Positions 11,734-26,092 are shown, numbered from the whole stretch's first letter. The stretch: 62,222 nucleotides of DNA, filler included, from Gonapodya sp. JEL0774 (GCA_027604505.1; 7 parts of 7 records of this genome joined end to end with filler, not necessarily neighbours in it), one strand, 5' to 3'. Made by a program: numbers and translations. Notes: a model not told the origin generated them from the sequence alone.

Positions 11734-14700
11734 TGGCCGTCCCTCAGTTGATTTGATGGCGGACATTTGGTGAAGCTTATCGATGGGGTCAGTAATAGTC
11801 GATCCCGTCTCCAGTCAATCGTTTTGAAGAACTGGGGCGAATTAATTTAGATGGGATGCCAGGCTTCCACGATGATCGGACGCACAGGTACACAGGGAGA
11901 TGAATGACGTGACTTTTGACCACTGATCCCTGCGAAGATGGCTGAGTGCAGTACACTCAGGCTCATGCCCTTGGTGAGGATTTAATTCATTGTCACACTC
12001 CCAAGCAAGTCAACTTATTCCCCTAGTGACCGTCTCGCTCCCGGTACCCGAGCATGTGGCGACTGTACAAACAACGAGGAGCCTGCAGCCAGTCCTACTA
12101 GATCTCATCACCAACATTGTACAAATTCTAGCTAGATATTGGCTGAAGTAAGTTCAACGGGACTGCTTTCATGCCCAGTCAGCCCCTCGATAATGCTGTG
12201 GTCGGGGTGCACAGGCCTCACTCTTTGTTCTTCACTGCTTCCCCTCTCACCATTCACTTGGAACTCGCACTCCATCAGAACAGGTCAGTCTCCAATTTTT
12301 TCCCATCCATATACCGCCGTTCTTGTGTCACGGACTCGTGCGATGTCTCGCGATTCTGTCGGGATGTTTTCCGCAAAAACAAACTAGAGTCTCTCAATCA
12401 TCTGTGTGGAGAATCGTGCGTCGGCACTCGGATCTGAACAGAATTCAAATTCATCGCTGCGTCTTGCGGCGAGCAACTACTTACCTCCTGTGTCCCGGAC
12501 TCGCGAGATCTTGTAATCGCATGTCTCACGCCTTTGTTCTTCTTCCCCTCAGTTACGATGCCCTCCTTCCCAGTCTCTTTACACACCAGCGTCTGCCTTT
12601 CTGCTCTCTGGTGAGTCCTTTTTCCGTGTCTCCTCTCGATCCCTCGACCTTCCTCGCCACGCCATGTTTTCCACGGATGAAACAAACCTGAAAAGCTGGA
12701 ATTACCGACTGAACTTCTCGTCTTGAAGAGAAAATAGAAGGGTACCATACGCACCTGAGGAGAACAGAGCGTGGACTATTTGGGAAAGGATCGTGCTGAT
12801 GGTGGCATTTTTTGTTTTTCACCACTGATCACCTCATACCTCTCGCAAATCACTTTATTGCAGACCATTCAGGCTCTTCTCGGCCACTTCCCCACTTCAC
12901 CTTGCATCCTCAATCCGCGCTTTTAATTCTCGCTATAATACAGCCCGTTCACGTCGAGTCAAGTGAGTTTCCCCATTTCCAATCCCCCCCCACCCGCTGC
13001 CATCATGATGTTTACTTAGCACTGGGTACTGAACCCCTTCGTGGGGTGTGTTGATTACCCAATTGACATTCAACTCTGATTTCGGTGTGGCGGTGTGTGG
13101 CAACGTACGGATTCTGCTAGTGATGGGTTCGGCTCCATCGCGTCAAACATATGAGACATCGATCGCTGGCCTCAACATGCTAACCTCTTTCTGTTTTGTT
13201 TCCCTAGCTCACATTAGATCTTTTGAACCGACGCCACCACACCGCATCCATGACGACGCAGATCTCCTTTCCTCGTCACAACTCTGCTAGTAAACCACCG
13301 AATTGCGAACGGTGAGTTCTTGTCTCGTGAAGGGTAAACGGGTGGTGCCAGGCGCATGCTCGCCCGGACAACTTGTACACACCAGCGCACACGTTGCTTC
13401 CTATGATGTTCATAACGATGACGAGACCGAAAAATTTTCATGAATGGATACCGTTATATTATTTGGCGATAAGTTAACTGAGGGTTCTTGGTGTCGCTCG
13501 AGTGCAGTCGCGAGGAAACGTTTCGTTCTTTGCTAAACCGTGTCGTCATGTCTCTCACCTTGGTGCCTTTCCCTCTTTCCACCTCCTTGCATTATCTGTT
13601 CCTTCACGTACGGGCGGAAAGTTTCGGACAATCTGAGCTCACGTGCGCCGACCTGTTCGGAACACCTGGAACCGGAGGACCTTTCCCGCGACCGTTTGGA
13701 TTGTGCCCGATGAGCCTGAAAAGACTCATGGATGCAGGCTCTCTGGTCCCATTATCGCTTGATCTTATCGGTTGATCTGGTCGCTGATCGTTTGTTCACT
13801 CCACTTTTTGACGCGCAAGCGGCTGTGAGTGGTCAGTGGGTTCGTTCCTTTGTGAATGCTCCTTTGCAGAAATGTTACCAATTTTTGGCGGTGGCTCGTT
13901 GCCGTCATTGACGGACTCCGGACACGTCGCAGCACTGTTGGAAGCTTCCCATTGCGTGAAGATTCTCAGAGCAGCAGCCATCTCTCTTTCTTTTTATTTG
14001 CTCCCCGTTTCGCGAGTGTCTTTCACTTTCTGGATCACCAACATTCAGTTTTCTCGCATTTGTGGTTTTGTCCGTGTTCGCGAGTGTGATTCACTTTTGC
14101 ATCATCAGTAGTTGTCTCGAGAGTCCACACCGTTCGCTGGCTTTGTGGACTTCGGAACTACTGTGACGCCGAAGATAGCCACAACCGTTCGATCTGAATT
14201 CCAGTCCAAGCGCGAAATTTCTCTGGGGTTCGACCGTCTTGTTTATCCGCATGGCCTGTGCGATCATGCATCGCGCAGGATTCTCACATGGAGGTATCGA
14301 CGACACTTAGAAGCTGGCGATGTGGAACTTTGCGAGTTCCGGTTCTCTACTGACTGCATCGCACAACATGCACTATGCTCCAAGTGTGGTCGCGACTTCG
14401 CTTTTTTACCCTCGCCCCGCGGTGAAAGCGGCAGCGAGACTCACCCATCGCAATGGCATCTATACTTGCAGATCAAGCCCGCTGCAAAAGAATCCAGTGA
14501 GTACTGCTGACATGGCGTATCGATTCCTCGCACGGATACACAATGGGAGAGGCATTACATACCCCATGGGCCGTCCGGTTCCAACATGATGATATCCCAA
14601 TCACGATGGTCTTCCGAAAACCCTGACGAAGACGCCCGAACTATCAGCTCACGAACAAACCCCGGGCATTATCTGATGTTTGGAACCGAACAGCTTGGAG

Positions 14701-15200
14701 ACGTGGTCTTGGAATTTGGTGTTGCAGGGGGATGTTTCTGTTCGCACGGGTTGTGTGGTGGCATATGACCAACGGTGTTCTGATTCATGACCTTTTGGAC
14801 AGGTCTCAGCCTCACTCCCAGTATACAAACTGCATACAGCAAGTTGAAACTTCGCATTATGACGTATTCACGTAAGAATTCTTCATCTTCTTTTCGACAT
14901 CGCAACTGGAGCTTCTCGTAGTACCTGCTGCCGCTTGTAATATGGAGGAAGCAGAGAATCTGTGATCGTGCAAATGTACACCGATGATATTTTTATGTAC
15001 ACATTCGATTCCACACATTCACGTCCATGATTCAAAAGATTTACTAACGAATAAGGGTAAATAGAATGTTAGAATTAATCTTTTATGTTCTCTTGAATAT
15101 CACGTTTGATGCAAGGCGCGATGGACCATGCACCACAGGCACCCATGCGAATCTCGCAGGATTCCCCGCATCCAATTCATTCTTGTCTCCTTGTACATCG

Positions 15201-16016
15201 ATGGAACTTCTGGCGTCGGTTCTGCCCCCTTCTGCTCCCCACGAAGCACTCGCTGGCCTGGCTCTTCTTCATCGCCCTCCACCTTCCTTGGTCCACCATC
15301 ACGCCCGACGATCATTCGATCCCGATGCCGTCATTCATCCTGGAGAGGAAACAGTAGCATCGATTGCTACCGATCGAACACTACATCGGTGGAACTCCGT
15401 CCCATCGGGCGTAGTCGGACCGGGAGCTACTGGTGTATGCACACTGACTTCCAGTTCACGCTTTCCACAAGCATCCAGGGTTCGCCGTCACTCGACGTTC
15501 CCTGAGCCGATTGCAGCTTCGGTGATTGATGCAGGATGCTTTCATTTTTCGGATTCGGACTCTGTTGGAGGGTTCTTTGTTGAATCGGACGGTTCGCCTC
15601 CTGGCGGGCGTTGCGAGGGATTGGAAAAGCTCGCGACTCTCTGCGACCGGCTTCTCGTTCTTAAAGCGAATGTGAATGAAGCTGATGTTATTGATGTGCG
15701 TCATTTGAGATGGCGCCATCTTCCGCTGTTCACTCTTCATTGGACATGATATCATCACTCAAAACACACTTTCTTTCAGATCCCAATCGGTTCGCTAAAG
15801 CCACCCAATCCTACAAATACTCCTCCACTCCTCAGTTCGGCATCACCAAAAATGCTGACTCGCTCACATCAGACCTCTGCAGTTGATGGGGATCCTGCCC
15901 TCAGCTCTGCGCCCAGCTCTGTTGGGAACAATCGGCCATATTCCATCAAGACTTCCCGTCAAACACCTCCGGGCGGTGACCCTGATCAGGGCGATGCACA
16001 GTTATTTAAATCAAGG
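15201..16016 (+). CDS. Hypothetical low-complexity protein (boundaries uncertain)
   Basis: ORF 15066-15749 with ATG near 15201 and plausible splice sites near 15779 and 16016. No recognisable domain. Confidence 0.3.
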
Positions 16017-17032
16017 TGAGTCGCCCTCGTGACTGACGCAAGAGTGGCTTCATGCTGAGTTTAATGTGTAACAACAGCCGACATCTCAGTGGCTATAGCG
16101 ATCGCAAACTGTTTACTTGCGGGGTAGTGGGATGTTCGATGAAATTTTCACGGTACGCAGCTCTTGTTTGGTCACCGTGAGAGCTAGACAGTGGCTTTGC
16201 AACTCATTGCTTCAACTTTTCCAGGAGGGACCATGCTTCCAAACACATTCGATCTCACTCTCTGCACCGCGCTAAAAGAAGCACGACTTTACCCACTCCA
16301 CCTCACTCTCCTCCACTGCGTTCAAGCTCTCACAAGGTTGAACAACCTTCTGCTCTAGCAGAGACTCTCCGCTCCCTTTCCACACTTCTCATCGCTGAAC
16401 CACGGAGCTTGCTTTCAGAGCGCAAGGTGATGTCTTATAGTGTTCGTGATTCGTGTGGTGCGAAGGCCCACACGACAGGTGCGGCCACGGTACCCAAAAC
16501 CGCCAACTCGATGGTTACGGCAGACAGAGTGCATGTTTCGGGATCGGGAAAGGCAATTCAAACAGATTCATGTGAGAAGCTTATGGAGATTGTGCTGCCG
16601 GAGGAACCATTGGTGGTTGTCCACACAGATGAGCGTCGGTTGAGAGTGGCCTGGAGCCGGTCAAAATGTTTGATAGATTCCTCTATGAGGAGTTCGTTGA
16701 CCGCTACTTAGTTATGTATCGGAAGTTTTGCAAGACGAGTGAAATGGGAGAGATGGCAGGGAATGGATACATTTCAGGATATTCTGTGGTGGGAAGGGAA
16801 CATATAATTCTAACAGGCTGAATTATTTCTTGTGTGGGTATTGTAGTAAAAAAGCCAATGAATTGCGCCTATCTCCCCCTATTCTCCCCTATTTCCCCCG
16901 CTATGTTCCCCGCAAAAACAGTTCCCCTATTGAGTAATGCCGGCCGAAGCAAGGGACAAGGCGATCTCCCTTGATCGTCTCCCAACACGACAGCTCATAC
17001 AGGCTCATAATTATCTGGTCGATTATTCACCA

Positions 17033-17827
17033 ATGCCCCTCACTCTGACGGTCCCCGACGCGATCCCTCGTACAACTCGCGGGTACTGGGCTCTTCCGGT
17101 TTTTATTCTTGGTAGCGCAGGGGACTTGGCTGTGCTCTTATTTTATACTATCGCGCTGGGGTGCGTTGGAAAGCTGACTCATTTCCGCATGTTTCTATCG
17201 CGGTTGTCGACCTTTTCTGATCCTGCCGCGCTTCAATCGCTGGGGGCGGTCGTTCTCGATATTCGCGATATCAGATCCCGATTGTCCGAACTACGCCATC
17301 CTCTCCACAAACTCATTATTCTTATGTTTTTCTTCAATTTGCTGGGAGGAGCATTCACCTATTCGGTGTTTTTCATTCCGCCCTCAGGTCTGGAGTGCCA
17401 GTGAGCAAATGTGACGTGACTCTGAAGTCCGCGAGGAACAAAACCAAATACTCGTACCCCAATCAGGCTAAGCATGTTTGGAACAATGGCATCTGTAGCT
17501 GGGGAATATGGAGCATCGTCGTCTATATGCTGGCTCTTGTTCCTCTCCCTCGTTATCAATCAACGGGCTTCCGGGAGCATAGTGCGGGCAACAATCGCGT
17601 TCCCCATAGTGAATGCAGTTCTCTTTGGTCTCCTTACGATAAATAGGTGTGTGTAGAGATTGAATTGGACTTCTGCACCCCATCGTGTGGAACAAGTTCA
17701 TGAGTTCATCTTTTTTCTTGTAACGCTGCCGGCTGACCTCAATTCGTCTTACTGATATACATACTATAACATGTAGCACCGGCCCGGGCATTCGAGATGG
17801 AGGCTGCTGGTTCTACGATATGCTAGG
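17033..17827 (+). CDS. Multi-pass membrane protein, GPCR-like (cAMP-receptor/Git3-like), 3'-truncated
   Basis: Successive TM segments across spliced exons (LAVLLFYTIALG; LHKLIILMFFFNLLGGAF; C..SSSICWLLFLSLV; IAFPIVNAVLFGLL), followed by the ECL2-like motif GGCWF. Confidence 0.55.
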
Positions 17828-17927
17828 NNNNNNNNNNNNNNNNNNNNNNNNNNNNNNNNNNNNNNNNNNNNTTAATTAATTAANNNNNNNNNNNNNNNNN
17901 NNNNNNNNNNNNNNNNNNNNNNNNNNN
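17828..17927. other. Artificial contig linker
   Basis: N44-TTAATTAATTAA-N44. Confidence 0.99.
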
Positions 17928-18431
17928 TAGAAATTTCTGTTCTTGCTCTGGTCGTTTACCCCAAGTCGTATGCGTTTTTGAACATGGAATGGCCGCTGAT
18001 GGATTTCGAAGTAAAATCCGCGTCAGTGCCTGCCACGGAACCACCACCAACGGAGATCAAGCCAGATTCTTCATCGTCGGAGACCAGCACGCGTGAGACA
18101 CTAATAGAGGCTAAACCATAAGATGGGAGAGTTGGAGATTGGACTTTCAAATTGATTTGCGTTAAGCCGGTTACGCTCCGACAAAATCGTTGATATTCTG
18201 CACTGTAATAATAGTATTCCCTCAAACTTCCCAAACGGATTCTAGCACAACACATAAATTCCTTTGTTTTGATGCCATGATTACCGGAATGGAAAGACAT
18301 TTATTTTTGGCCTCAAGGTTGTCAATGTGCCTGGGCACGTTCTTGCCGAGGACCACTCTGATCCCTGAAAAAACGCACGTTCAGCATGGCACAACTCATC
18401 CCATTCTCCTATTCGTGCTCAGTCTCCATTA

Positions 18432-20861
18432 ATGATCCCTCCCATTTCTCAACTTGAGGCCGTCGCTCTCGCTCTCGCGTCTCTCACAACCGTGGATGCG
18501 TGGATCCTCTCTCCCTCCACTGCTCTCAACCAGGTTGGAGGAATCAACACCAACAGGACTGTCTGGCCGTACGCTTCAAAGTGCTGTGAGGCTTTGCTGG
18601 AAGACGGATGGAACCACAATGATCTATGTGTCTGATCGTTTGAGACTCTCATTGCAGGGAAAACTCTTAATGGCCAACCCACCGAGTTTTCTGCTCACCG
18701 CGGCTCTCGATGGCACTTGCCGGAGCACTCCAAGGTGAGATCCAATCGGCGGAGCGGTGTTTTCGGGTGTATTTTCACGAACCTTCATTTCTAGGGTGCT
18801 TACTGGGAGGCTGTCCTGAACCATGTCGAATACGTCGAGCCGGATCTCGTTTTCACCAAGGACAAGGTCGTCATGGTGAATCACGATTCGTTCTTGGACG
18901 CTACCGTGGATGTCGCGACCCGCCCCGAGGTGATTGGTTCTGTACGCGGAACTCCTACGCTTCCTTCCATGCCTCATAACTGCGATTTGCATTATTGAAG
19001 TTCGCTTCAAGGAAGGCAGGAAAAGATATGTGAGGAATGGAAAATGATCATTTTGCACTGTTACCTCGTCTCCAAAATCTAACTTAATCACGAAATTCAG
19101 CTGGGCGGAAGATATCTTTTACCCCAACCGTTCATCGTACTGGTGAGCAATTCACTCCCAAAATGCTTCATGGTGAGGGCTGACATGCGTTTCTGACCTT
19201 TGTCAATAGGATTGCAGATTTTACGGCTGCGGAGATTGCGACAATGTACCTCCAACAGTCCTCCGGTGAGTCATATGGGGATGTCTACTCACGTTCGAAC
19301 GCAGATGACTTGACCTCGGTCCTTCATTCAAATCGGAAGCATACCCGTACCGCCCTCAATTCTACAACAAGTTGTGGTCTATGACCTCCTTCCAAGAGGT
19401 ATCGTCTCCAATCTGATCTTTCCGAAGACTGAAATTAAACAGGAGCAACTCAATTATTTGCTTGCCCACACACAAATGCAGTACATTGACCAAAACAAAA
19501 ACGTGACCGCGACATTGAACACCAGTGTCGGTTTCATTCCCGAAATCAAGCAACCATTCTACCAGGTGAGTTGTGGTCCCGGATTTTGCTGACACAGATG
19601 TGACAAGATACACATGGATCCGAACAGAATACCGTCGTCCTCAACCCGGAGCTCGCCGGCAAACTGCCGTACCCGAAGCTTGGTAAGATAGCGATATCTT
19701 GAGATCCTCACTCCTCACGTTAGATCACCTATTCTCTCCCATCCGAACAGGTGGAAATGCTTCCGTCTACCCCCACACTGCCGAGGAATCCGTGATCGCC
19801 GCCCTCAAAAACAATAGCCTCCCCAGCGCAAAGCACCCCGTCCTGATCCAAAGCTTTGAGTACGAATCTGTGGAGTACCTCGCCACCAAGTACCCCAACG
19901 GAACCGCGTTCAATGGCCTCCTGATGCTTGTGGGATCGGCGAACTGGTGGACATTGACGTACAAGGGTCTGGACAAACTGGCTGCGCTCGCCAAATCTAC
20001 AAACAACACTATTTACATTGCTCCGTGGAAAGAGTATGTATATCCTTCTTTGATCACAAACTGCTCCGATGTCATGAGTTTCTTACTTTCTGCGGGTAGC
20101 GTTCTCACGGACGGAATGCCCCTCTATGTCCTTCAGAGTCTCAGCATTGACATCTACGCCAAGAACAACACGCTGACGTTTGACGGCTACGACGCCATGG
20201 ACACAGTGCCCCCGTCTGAGCTTGTCAAGGAGATTCACTCTCGGGGCCTCAAGTACTCGTGAGTGCATGTGCCACTGAGGGCTCTGAATAGAAGTGAAGC
20301 ACGTCAATTCACATTCTACCTCCTTTGTTCAGTGGCTACACCTCTTACGCTTCACCCCAATCCCTCTCGTTCAACTGCTTGTCCAAGCTCCCTGCTGGCT
20401 ACAACATTTCCACCGCAACCCTTAGCTACAAGCCTGTTGCTTGTCCCAAAGTAAGTGCATTTCGTTTACTTTGACGAGCTTATTGGACTGATCTGGGCCT
20501 TTACATTGTAAAGACCAAGCGCGCCGAGTTCTTTATGTTCTTCGCTCAGGGTCTCGTGAGTAACCTCGACGCGATCGTGACTGAGACACGGAACTGTATC
20601 ATGACTCTTTAATTGCAGGATAACGTCTTTGTTGAGAACATTCAAGAAGGTGAATCTGATCTGAGAAGCTTTTTGTTTCTCGTGCAGTGTGCCAAATTCT
20701 CAACGGGGTGCTTATGAATTGCAGCCCAGCAACTCCGCGAAGAGTTCAACTTCTGGTTGATCTCTCAGTGCTCCCAAGACTCACGGTCCACCCTTTGGAA
20801 GAACATGCAAGATGCCATGGTAAAGGAGAAAGTGCCTGGTCTTGACGTGACTACTGTTTAG
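18432..20861 (+). CDS. Glycerophosphodiester phosphodiesterase (GDPD family), probably secreted, many introns (start approximate)
   Basis: Signal-like AVALALASLTTVDA; AHRGSRWHLPEHSK; GAYWEAVLNHVEYVEPDLVFTKDKVVMVNHDSFLDATVDV; FIPEIK; VLIQSFE; LVKEIHSRGLK. Stop TAG at 20859-20861. Confidence 0.9.
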
Positions 20862-21058
20862 AGGTGACTTTGAAGAACTTTTTCATGTATCGGTCAGAGC
20901 AGTATCGTGAAAAAGGAAGGCTTTAACTTCCATCATTCATACTGTAGATTATAGAAAAGCTATCATTGAAAAAGAACTCAACTCCAAAGCATCAAAAACG
21001 CTGTGAATAGAGGACCAGCCCGGTATATTTGCAGTTCAGCGCTTCATACCCTCTCCCC

Positions 21059-22720
21059 TCACAAATCCGTCCGTTCTTCCGATTCGCCGCGTTCTTGCTC
21101 ATCAACCTTTGACACTGCTTTCACGTCTTCTTCTTCAGCATCTATTGGCGCAATATCGCCGGGCGAGACTGCAACGACGACTCTCTGATCGGTCGAATGC
21201 GTGGAGACTACGGGTTGTTCATCAGACCAGAACACTTTAGATAGCCTTGCAGGACTTGCCAGTGGCCTGAGATTAGTGTGGCGTGCTCGCGAAGGGGCCG
21301 GGGGAATGATACTTGGAACCCGTGGAAGCATTTGTTCGTCCGGGGTGACAGGGCCATCAGGTCGAGCAGGCGGAGTCGGGGGAGATTGCCGAGAGAGCAA
21401 ACCAAGTGTGCGGTGGTGATCTGGAAGACAGAGACAATGATCAAGCAGGGATGTGTGACGTGTCCGTCGAAACGCTGACTCACCAATACTCAAGTGATAA
21501 TACTCGTTCATTTAGGCGGCGGATCGGTAGTTGATAGTCTGAGTTTTGGCGCAGAGCTTGCTCTTGATTTTTTTTTTGTTATTGTCGCAGAATATGAACG
21601 AGTTGAGTGGGTATTTTCTTTGGCGATTCGGATCTTCCCGAACGGTCCGTTGATCCGTGCACCATCCACGTGATCAGGTGGAATCTTTGGAGGCTTCGAA
21701 CTTGTGAGTGCAAAAGCAAGAATCAAATTGGATTTTACATACTGTTACTCCACTCTACTTTGGTTGCTAACTTCGTCCCTGTCATCATACAAACTCAAAA
21801 ATGAAGCATCATTGCCCGGCCGGCTACCACCCTCCGTTTCTCATCAACTCTTGAAAATTTTGCATAAACTAATATCCTGTCCTGGATGTGACTCGTCCTT
21901 GCCTCCAGATAACGTCATTTGGGGTTGAAAATGTCCGTTCGATGCAGGGCTGAAACACCGAACATGTCGCTCTGGTTGTCAACGTCATCCAGTTTAGGGC
22001 TCAACACATGACTGTTATTCTTGTTTGGCCACTCCAGAACCTTTGCGACCTTGCTCAATCCTTCCAGCATGACAACTCCGGAAGATGTCATTCGGTGTCG
22101 GACTTTCGGAGGTGTCGGTGGACATACCGTTGGTGTCTCGGGAAGGATCTGAAGAGGTGGAGTAGAAAAGCGAGTGGGGATGTCCATGCGGGGAGGGTCG
22201 GTGGTGGATGGAGGGACAGTGATTCGAGGAACTGCTTCTGCAAGGACGGTAGGCACGGTGTTTCCAAGGTTCGGGTTACGAATAGACACGCCAATGTTGG
22301 GCGCTACGACAACGTACTAGGTTTAAAGCATTTGAAAGGCACAACTACTGCAGAGCTGAAATCCTCACACATCGTGAGCGTTCTTATCCGAGAGAACGGA
22401 ACGTTATGAAAGGTGGACAGAGGGTTGAATCGCCTCTCGAAAGTTGAAGAATGTGGGAAGAGAGGGAGTCTCCAATGAGCGTCTGTAACCGTTGTGTTCG
22501 AACAAAGGAAAGGTGACGAAGTTGCTGCTCCCCATTCCCTTGCACGTGCATCGTTGCACCATCCTCCGAACGGTGCCGGGTCCTCGGCGTCAGAGCAAAC
22601 CCCCAGGATCTTATTAGGAGTTGATAGGTGGGACAAGAACGTGAAGCCGTTGTCATTTCAATATTTGAGTGGCTCCTGTGCTGCTGCTGCATTGCATCCG
22701 GCAGCCAAAAGAACTCCATG
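21059..22720 (-). CDS. Hypothetical Pro/Ser/Thr-rich protein (exon structure unresolved)
   Basis: Several co-oriented ORFs (21059-21511, 21915-22289, 22304-22719) with disordered composition. No domain recognised. Confidence 0.3.
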
Positions 22721-22996
22721 ACTCATGCAAGTGCCTGATATCCTCTCATCGTGCTGGCTTAACCGTGGTGCTGCTGTCAACAGAGAGATCACTACCATTC
22801 TCCTGATGGCCCACGTAACCTTTTACTGAAAAGGACGTATGCCACTTACTGTGAAATCTATTTGAGCTCATGAGACAGTAACGTCCCTTTCACATCATGT
22901 ACAACTAACAAATCATACCATTCTCCTCGCGATGATCCTTCAGTGTATCACTTTTGTCTTCCGACGCCGTGCACTAGCTTGATCTCGGCTCCATAA

Positions 22997-23695
22997 TCAA
23001 TACGGTCCCCCCCAGTTGCTTTTAGCTTCCTCTCTTGCCGCCTTGGTAGCCTTGACATAATCACCTTCCTTTAGCGCACCATCTGCTTTGAGGTGGTGGC
23101 CAAGAGTGGTACCGGGAAGTGCGTGGCCAACACCACGCTGGTGGATCGGTTCCCGAAAACGGTATGCAGGAGTTCCAGATACTTTATCCGAAAATATTTG
23201 GAATGACAGAACGCACCTCGGTCATTCCTTCGGCGTAGGTTGTAGCCTATGTAATGGCATAGGAATAGGATGAAAAGGGAAGCTTGTAGGTGAGCTGATC
23301 TGATTCAATGCAGTGCGCTAGAGCTCCTTCGTTTGGCACTCAACGCACTCCACTCACGGTCCCAGCCGGAAGATGAGAAGCCGCTGCTTCAGCTTTCGCG
23401 ATGTCGCCCTTCTTGAGAGCACCTTCAGCCTTCAGCTCGTGGCCGAGATCGGTACCGGGAAGCTGATGACGTCAGACGGTGACGCGCGCGAAGACACATC
23501 GAGAGCGGGTCCCGAGAAGGCGAAGGAGAGCGAATATCGACAAGTCAGTACAGAATTAGTCTCGAAAACATGTCACCGCCGTTTCCACGGGGCAGAAGCT
23601 CCTGCGGATTCACAGTCCCTCACCATATGTCCCGCGAACCGCTCAACAGTTCCTTCAATCTTCTGTGTGATTGGTACGGAAATCTTGTCCGACAT
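22997..23695 (-). CDS. Small (~115 aa) four-exon protein with two internal repeats, CsbD/stress-hydrophilin-like
   Basis: Manual splicing with phase-0 GT-AG introns gives MSDKISVPITQKIEGTVERFAGHM|LPGTDLGHELKAEGALKKGDIAKAEAAASHLPAGT|ATTYAEGMTE|RGVGHALPGTTLGHHLKADGALKEGDYVKATKAAREEAKSNWGGPY*. Not present in the ORF track. Confidence 0.75.
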
Positions 23696-24089
23696 CCTTA
23701 AACGGATCAACTGGGGTTGTTTAGGTTGAGCTTTCGGGGAGTGTCAGTAGTGAAGTTTTGTGGGGCTTCGAGTTGTCAGTCGGTACACTCACGAACTATT
23801 AGCCCAGTGCTCCACAACACCACCGTGAGGCCTTCCATCCGATGTCTTAATCTCTGTGCCGCTGTGGAAACCGAGAGATTAGATTCGTCGCCTAATGAGG
23901 TTGTGCTAACTTTATAGATGGTAAAAGTTCACCTCCCAGTATGATTATCTTACCCCGCTCGCATGCAGACGGAGTCTGAATTTTTGCTCTTTACTCTGGA
24001 AGTAATGAACAATATATATGTATAAGTATTTCTTTTGAGTTTTGAAAAAGTCTTGACGGAAAATATTCCATCACTCACTAACCATTGCG

Positions 24090-26092
24090 ATGGAGAGTTT
24101 CACTTCATCGCCCGAAAGCTCTAGAGGAAGCAGCCGCACGCCGTCAATCATTCTTCCTCGCTATAAAAGAAAGGTTCTCAGCCGCCCGCGTACTCCAGGA
24201 AGCAACGGGTCTCATTCTCGATCATGGAACATCGGTGCACACAATCGCGATGGGGATCGTCCGCTCAGAAAACGACAAGACGCGTCAACCAAACCCAAGA
24301 TTGTCGAACTGGAAGATGAAATCGCGAGATTGAGGGAGGAACTGGTTGCGACGGTAGCGACCGTTCGAAGCCTACAAGAGTGCATCAAAGCAAGGGATGG
24401 ACAGAAGGGGAGAGATAATGATGAAGCCGATGATGGTCTCTCTGAGACCACGTATCCTCCCACTGAATGTCAGACGGACACATCAGCCGTGTCAGCTCAC
24501 GCTCTCGCAACGACGCTGTCGCACATCGAGCTCCTCCATTCCAAGCTCGCGAATAAGCTGGACGCCGACATCTTCGAGCAACTACTCAAGCATATGCCCA
24601 GTCGGAAAGAAATCCAGCGCATGATTGATGCGAGAGTGGACAAGGTCGTGCGGAAGGCGGTGGCCAAGGTGGTTTCCCCACACGACACAGCTCGCCAAAC
24701 GGACAGAGACAATAATGTGGTCATCGACTCCATCAGGGACTCGCTAAACACGCTCAAACTCCGCTTGACCTCCCTCGAAAATGAAACCCGAACCAACTCG
24801 TCCAGCACCTCATCGCTCTTCGCTTCGCTTGACTCCACCGTTCAGTCTGCCGTCTCTCGCGCCACTTCCGAGCTACGGACCTCACTCGAAAGCATAATCT
24901 CGTCAGAAATTGAAAGCAAGACCAGCAAACTGAGCCAGTGGACGCTCGACCGTGCCATCGCGTCCACCGAAAGTTTGGTGCGCGAGCGAGTGGACTCTGT
25001 GGTGCACCGTTCGGTCAGAGACGAGATCAGCACGTTAGAAAAGACACTGAAGCGTCGAACCGAAGCAATGTCTCGCAAACTTACTGACCTTTCAGACCGG
25101 CAAGCTTCTCTAGCATCACTCGCTCAACAACGGTCCTCCACGAGTGTGGTCACGCTTTCCAACGACCACTTCGCTTCCCGCGAGACTCTTGACACCGTGT
25201 CCGCCACACTCACTGCCTCACTCACGTCCATTGAAGAGCGTGTGGAGAGTCTAGCCGCGGCTTTGGAGGAGACCAGGATGTCCGCTGAAGATGCAGCGCG
25301 CGACAGAGTGGTGGGAAGGACGAAGGCGACAGTGAGCGATTTGGCAGCTGAAATGACAAGTGGCAAGGCTGGTGTAGTATCGCAGATTTATGTGGACAGA
25401 CGTATTCGAGACTTCGAGGACAAAGTTGTAGCACTTGGTTAGTCGCAGAGCCATTGAGTGCTTACGATTGATGACTAAACGCTCACGTTCTCTCTTTTTT
25501 CCAGCTTCGGATCTCGTCCGCACGAAGAATCTCTTCTCCCACAATTTAACACACCCTTCTGAGCGCCGTGCAGTGTACATGTGGACATCCGGGACGCTCA
25601 AGCTGGGATCGGCCATTCCGTGGTAAGTCTGCCTTGTGAATATCACATTTTCACTCGTGATGGAAGTCGTTTTTGTTTCTGACCCCTTACAGGTCCTCTC
25701 AACACCACTCTACCTCCCCTACATTGTTCCCTTTCCCCTGCACGTCTTCCCCTCCACACCTTCTCCCCCTCCCGACCCCTGGAATTTATCGTCTCTCCTT
25801 CGCCTTTTTCTCTCGCACGTCGCACGTGCGCCCTGTGATCCAGATATGCGTCAATGCAGGGACCGTGGTGTCGGGCGTGAGTTGTCCAACGTATAGTGTA
25901 CACCATAGGCCACCAGGGGAGCCAGGGGGGGAGGAAGAGAGCACGGCAAGAGGGAGGACTGGAGTGAGCTTGGTTGAGTTTGTGGAGGTTGAGGGTAGGG
26001 GGGCGCTTTTGAGGTGGGTTGTCTTCATGGAAGTTGGTGTGGCCGCGAGATTGCATCAACTTACCTGGCTTCTCTGGGATCTAACGATATAG
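24090..26092 (+). CDS. Long coiled-coil protein with C-terminal C1q/TNF-like beta domain
   Basis: 450-aa coiled-coil exon, then WTSGTLKLGSAIPW | PGIYRLSFAFFS..PVIQICVNAG..SVHH..TGVSLVEFVEV, a beta-strand pattern resembling C1q-like domains. Confidence 0.6.

Noticed and set aside
14112..14510. Zinc-finger gene from CSKCGRDF
   Set aside because: No correctly spaced His pair and no convincing gene model.
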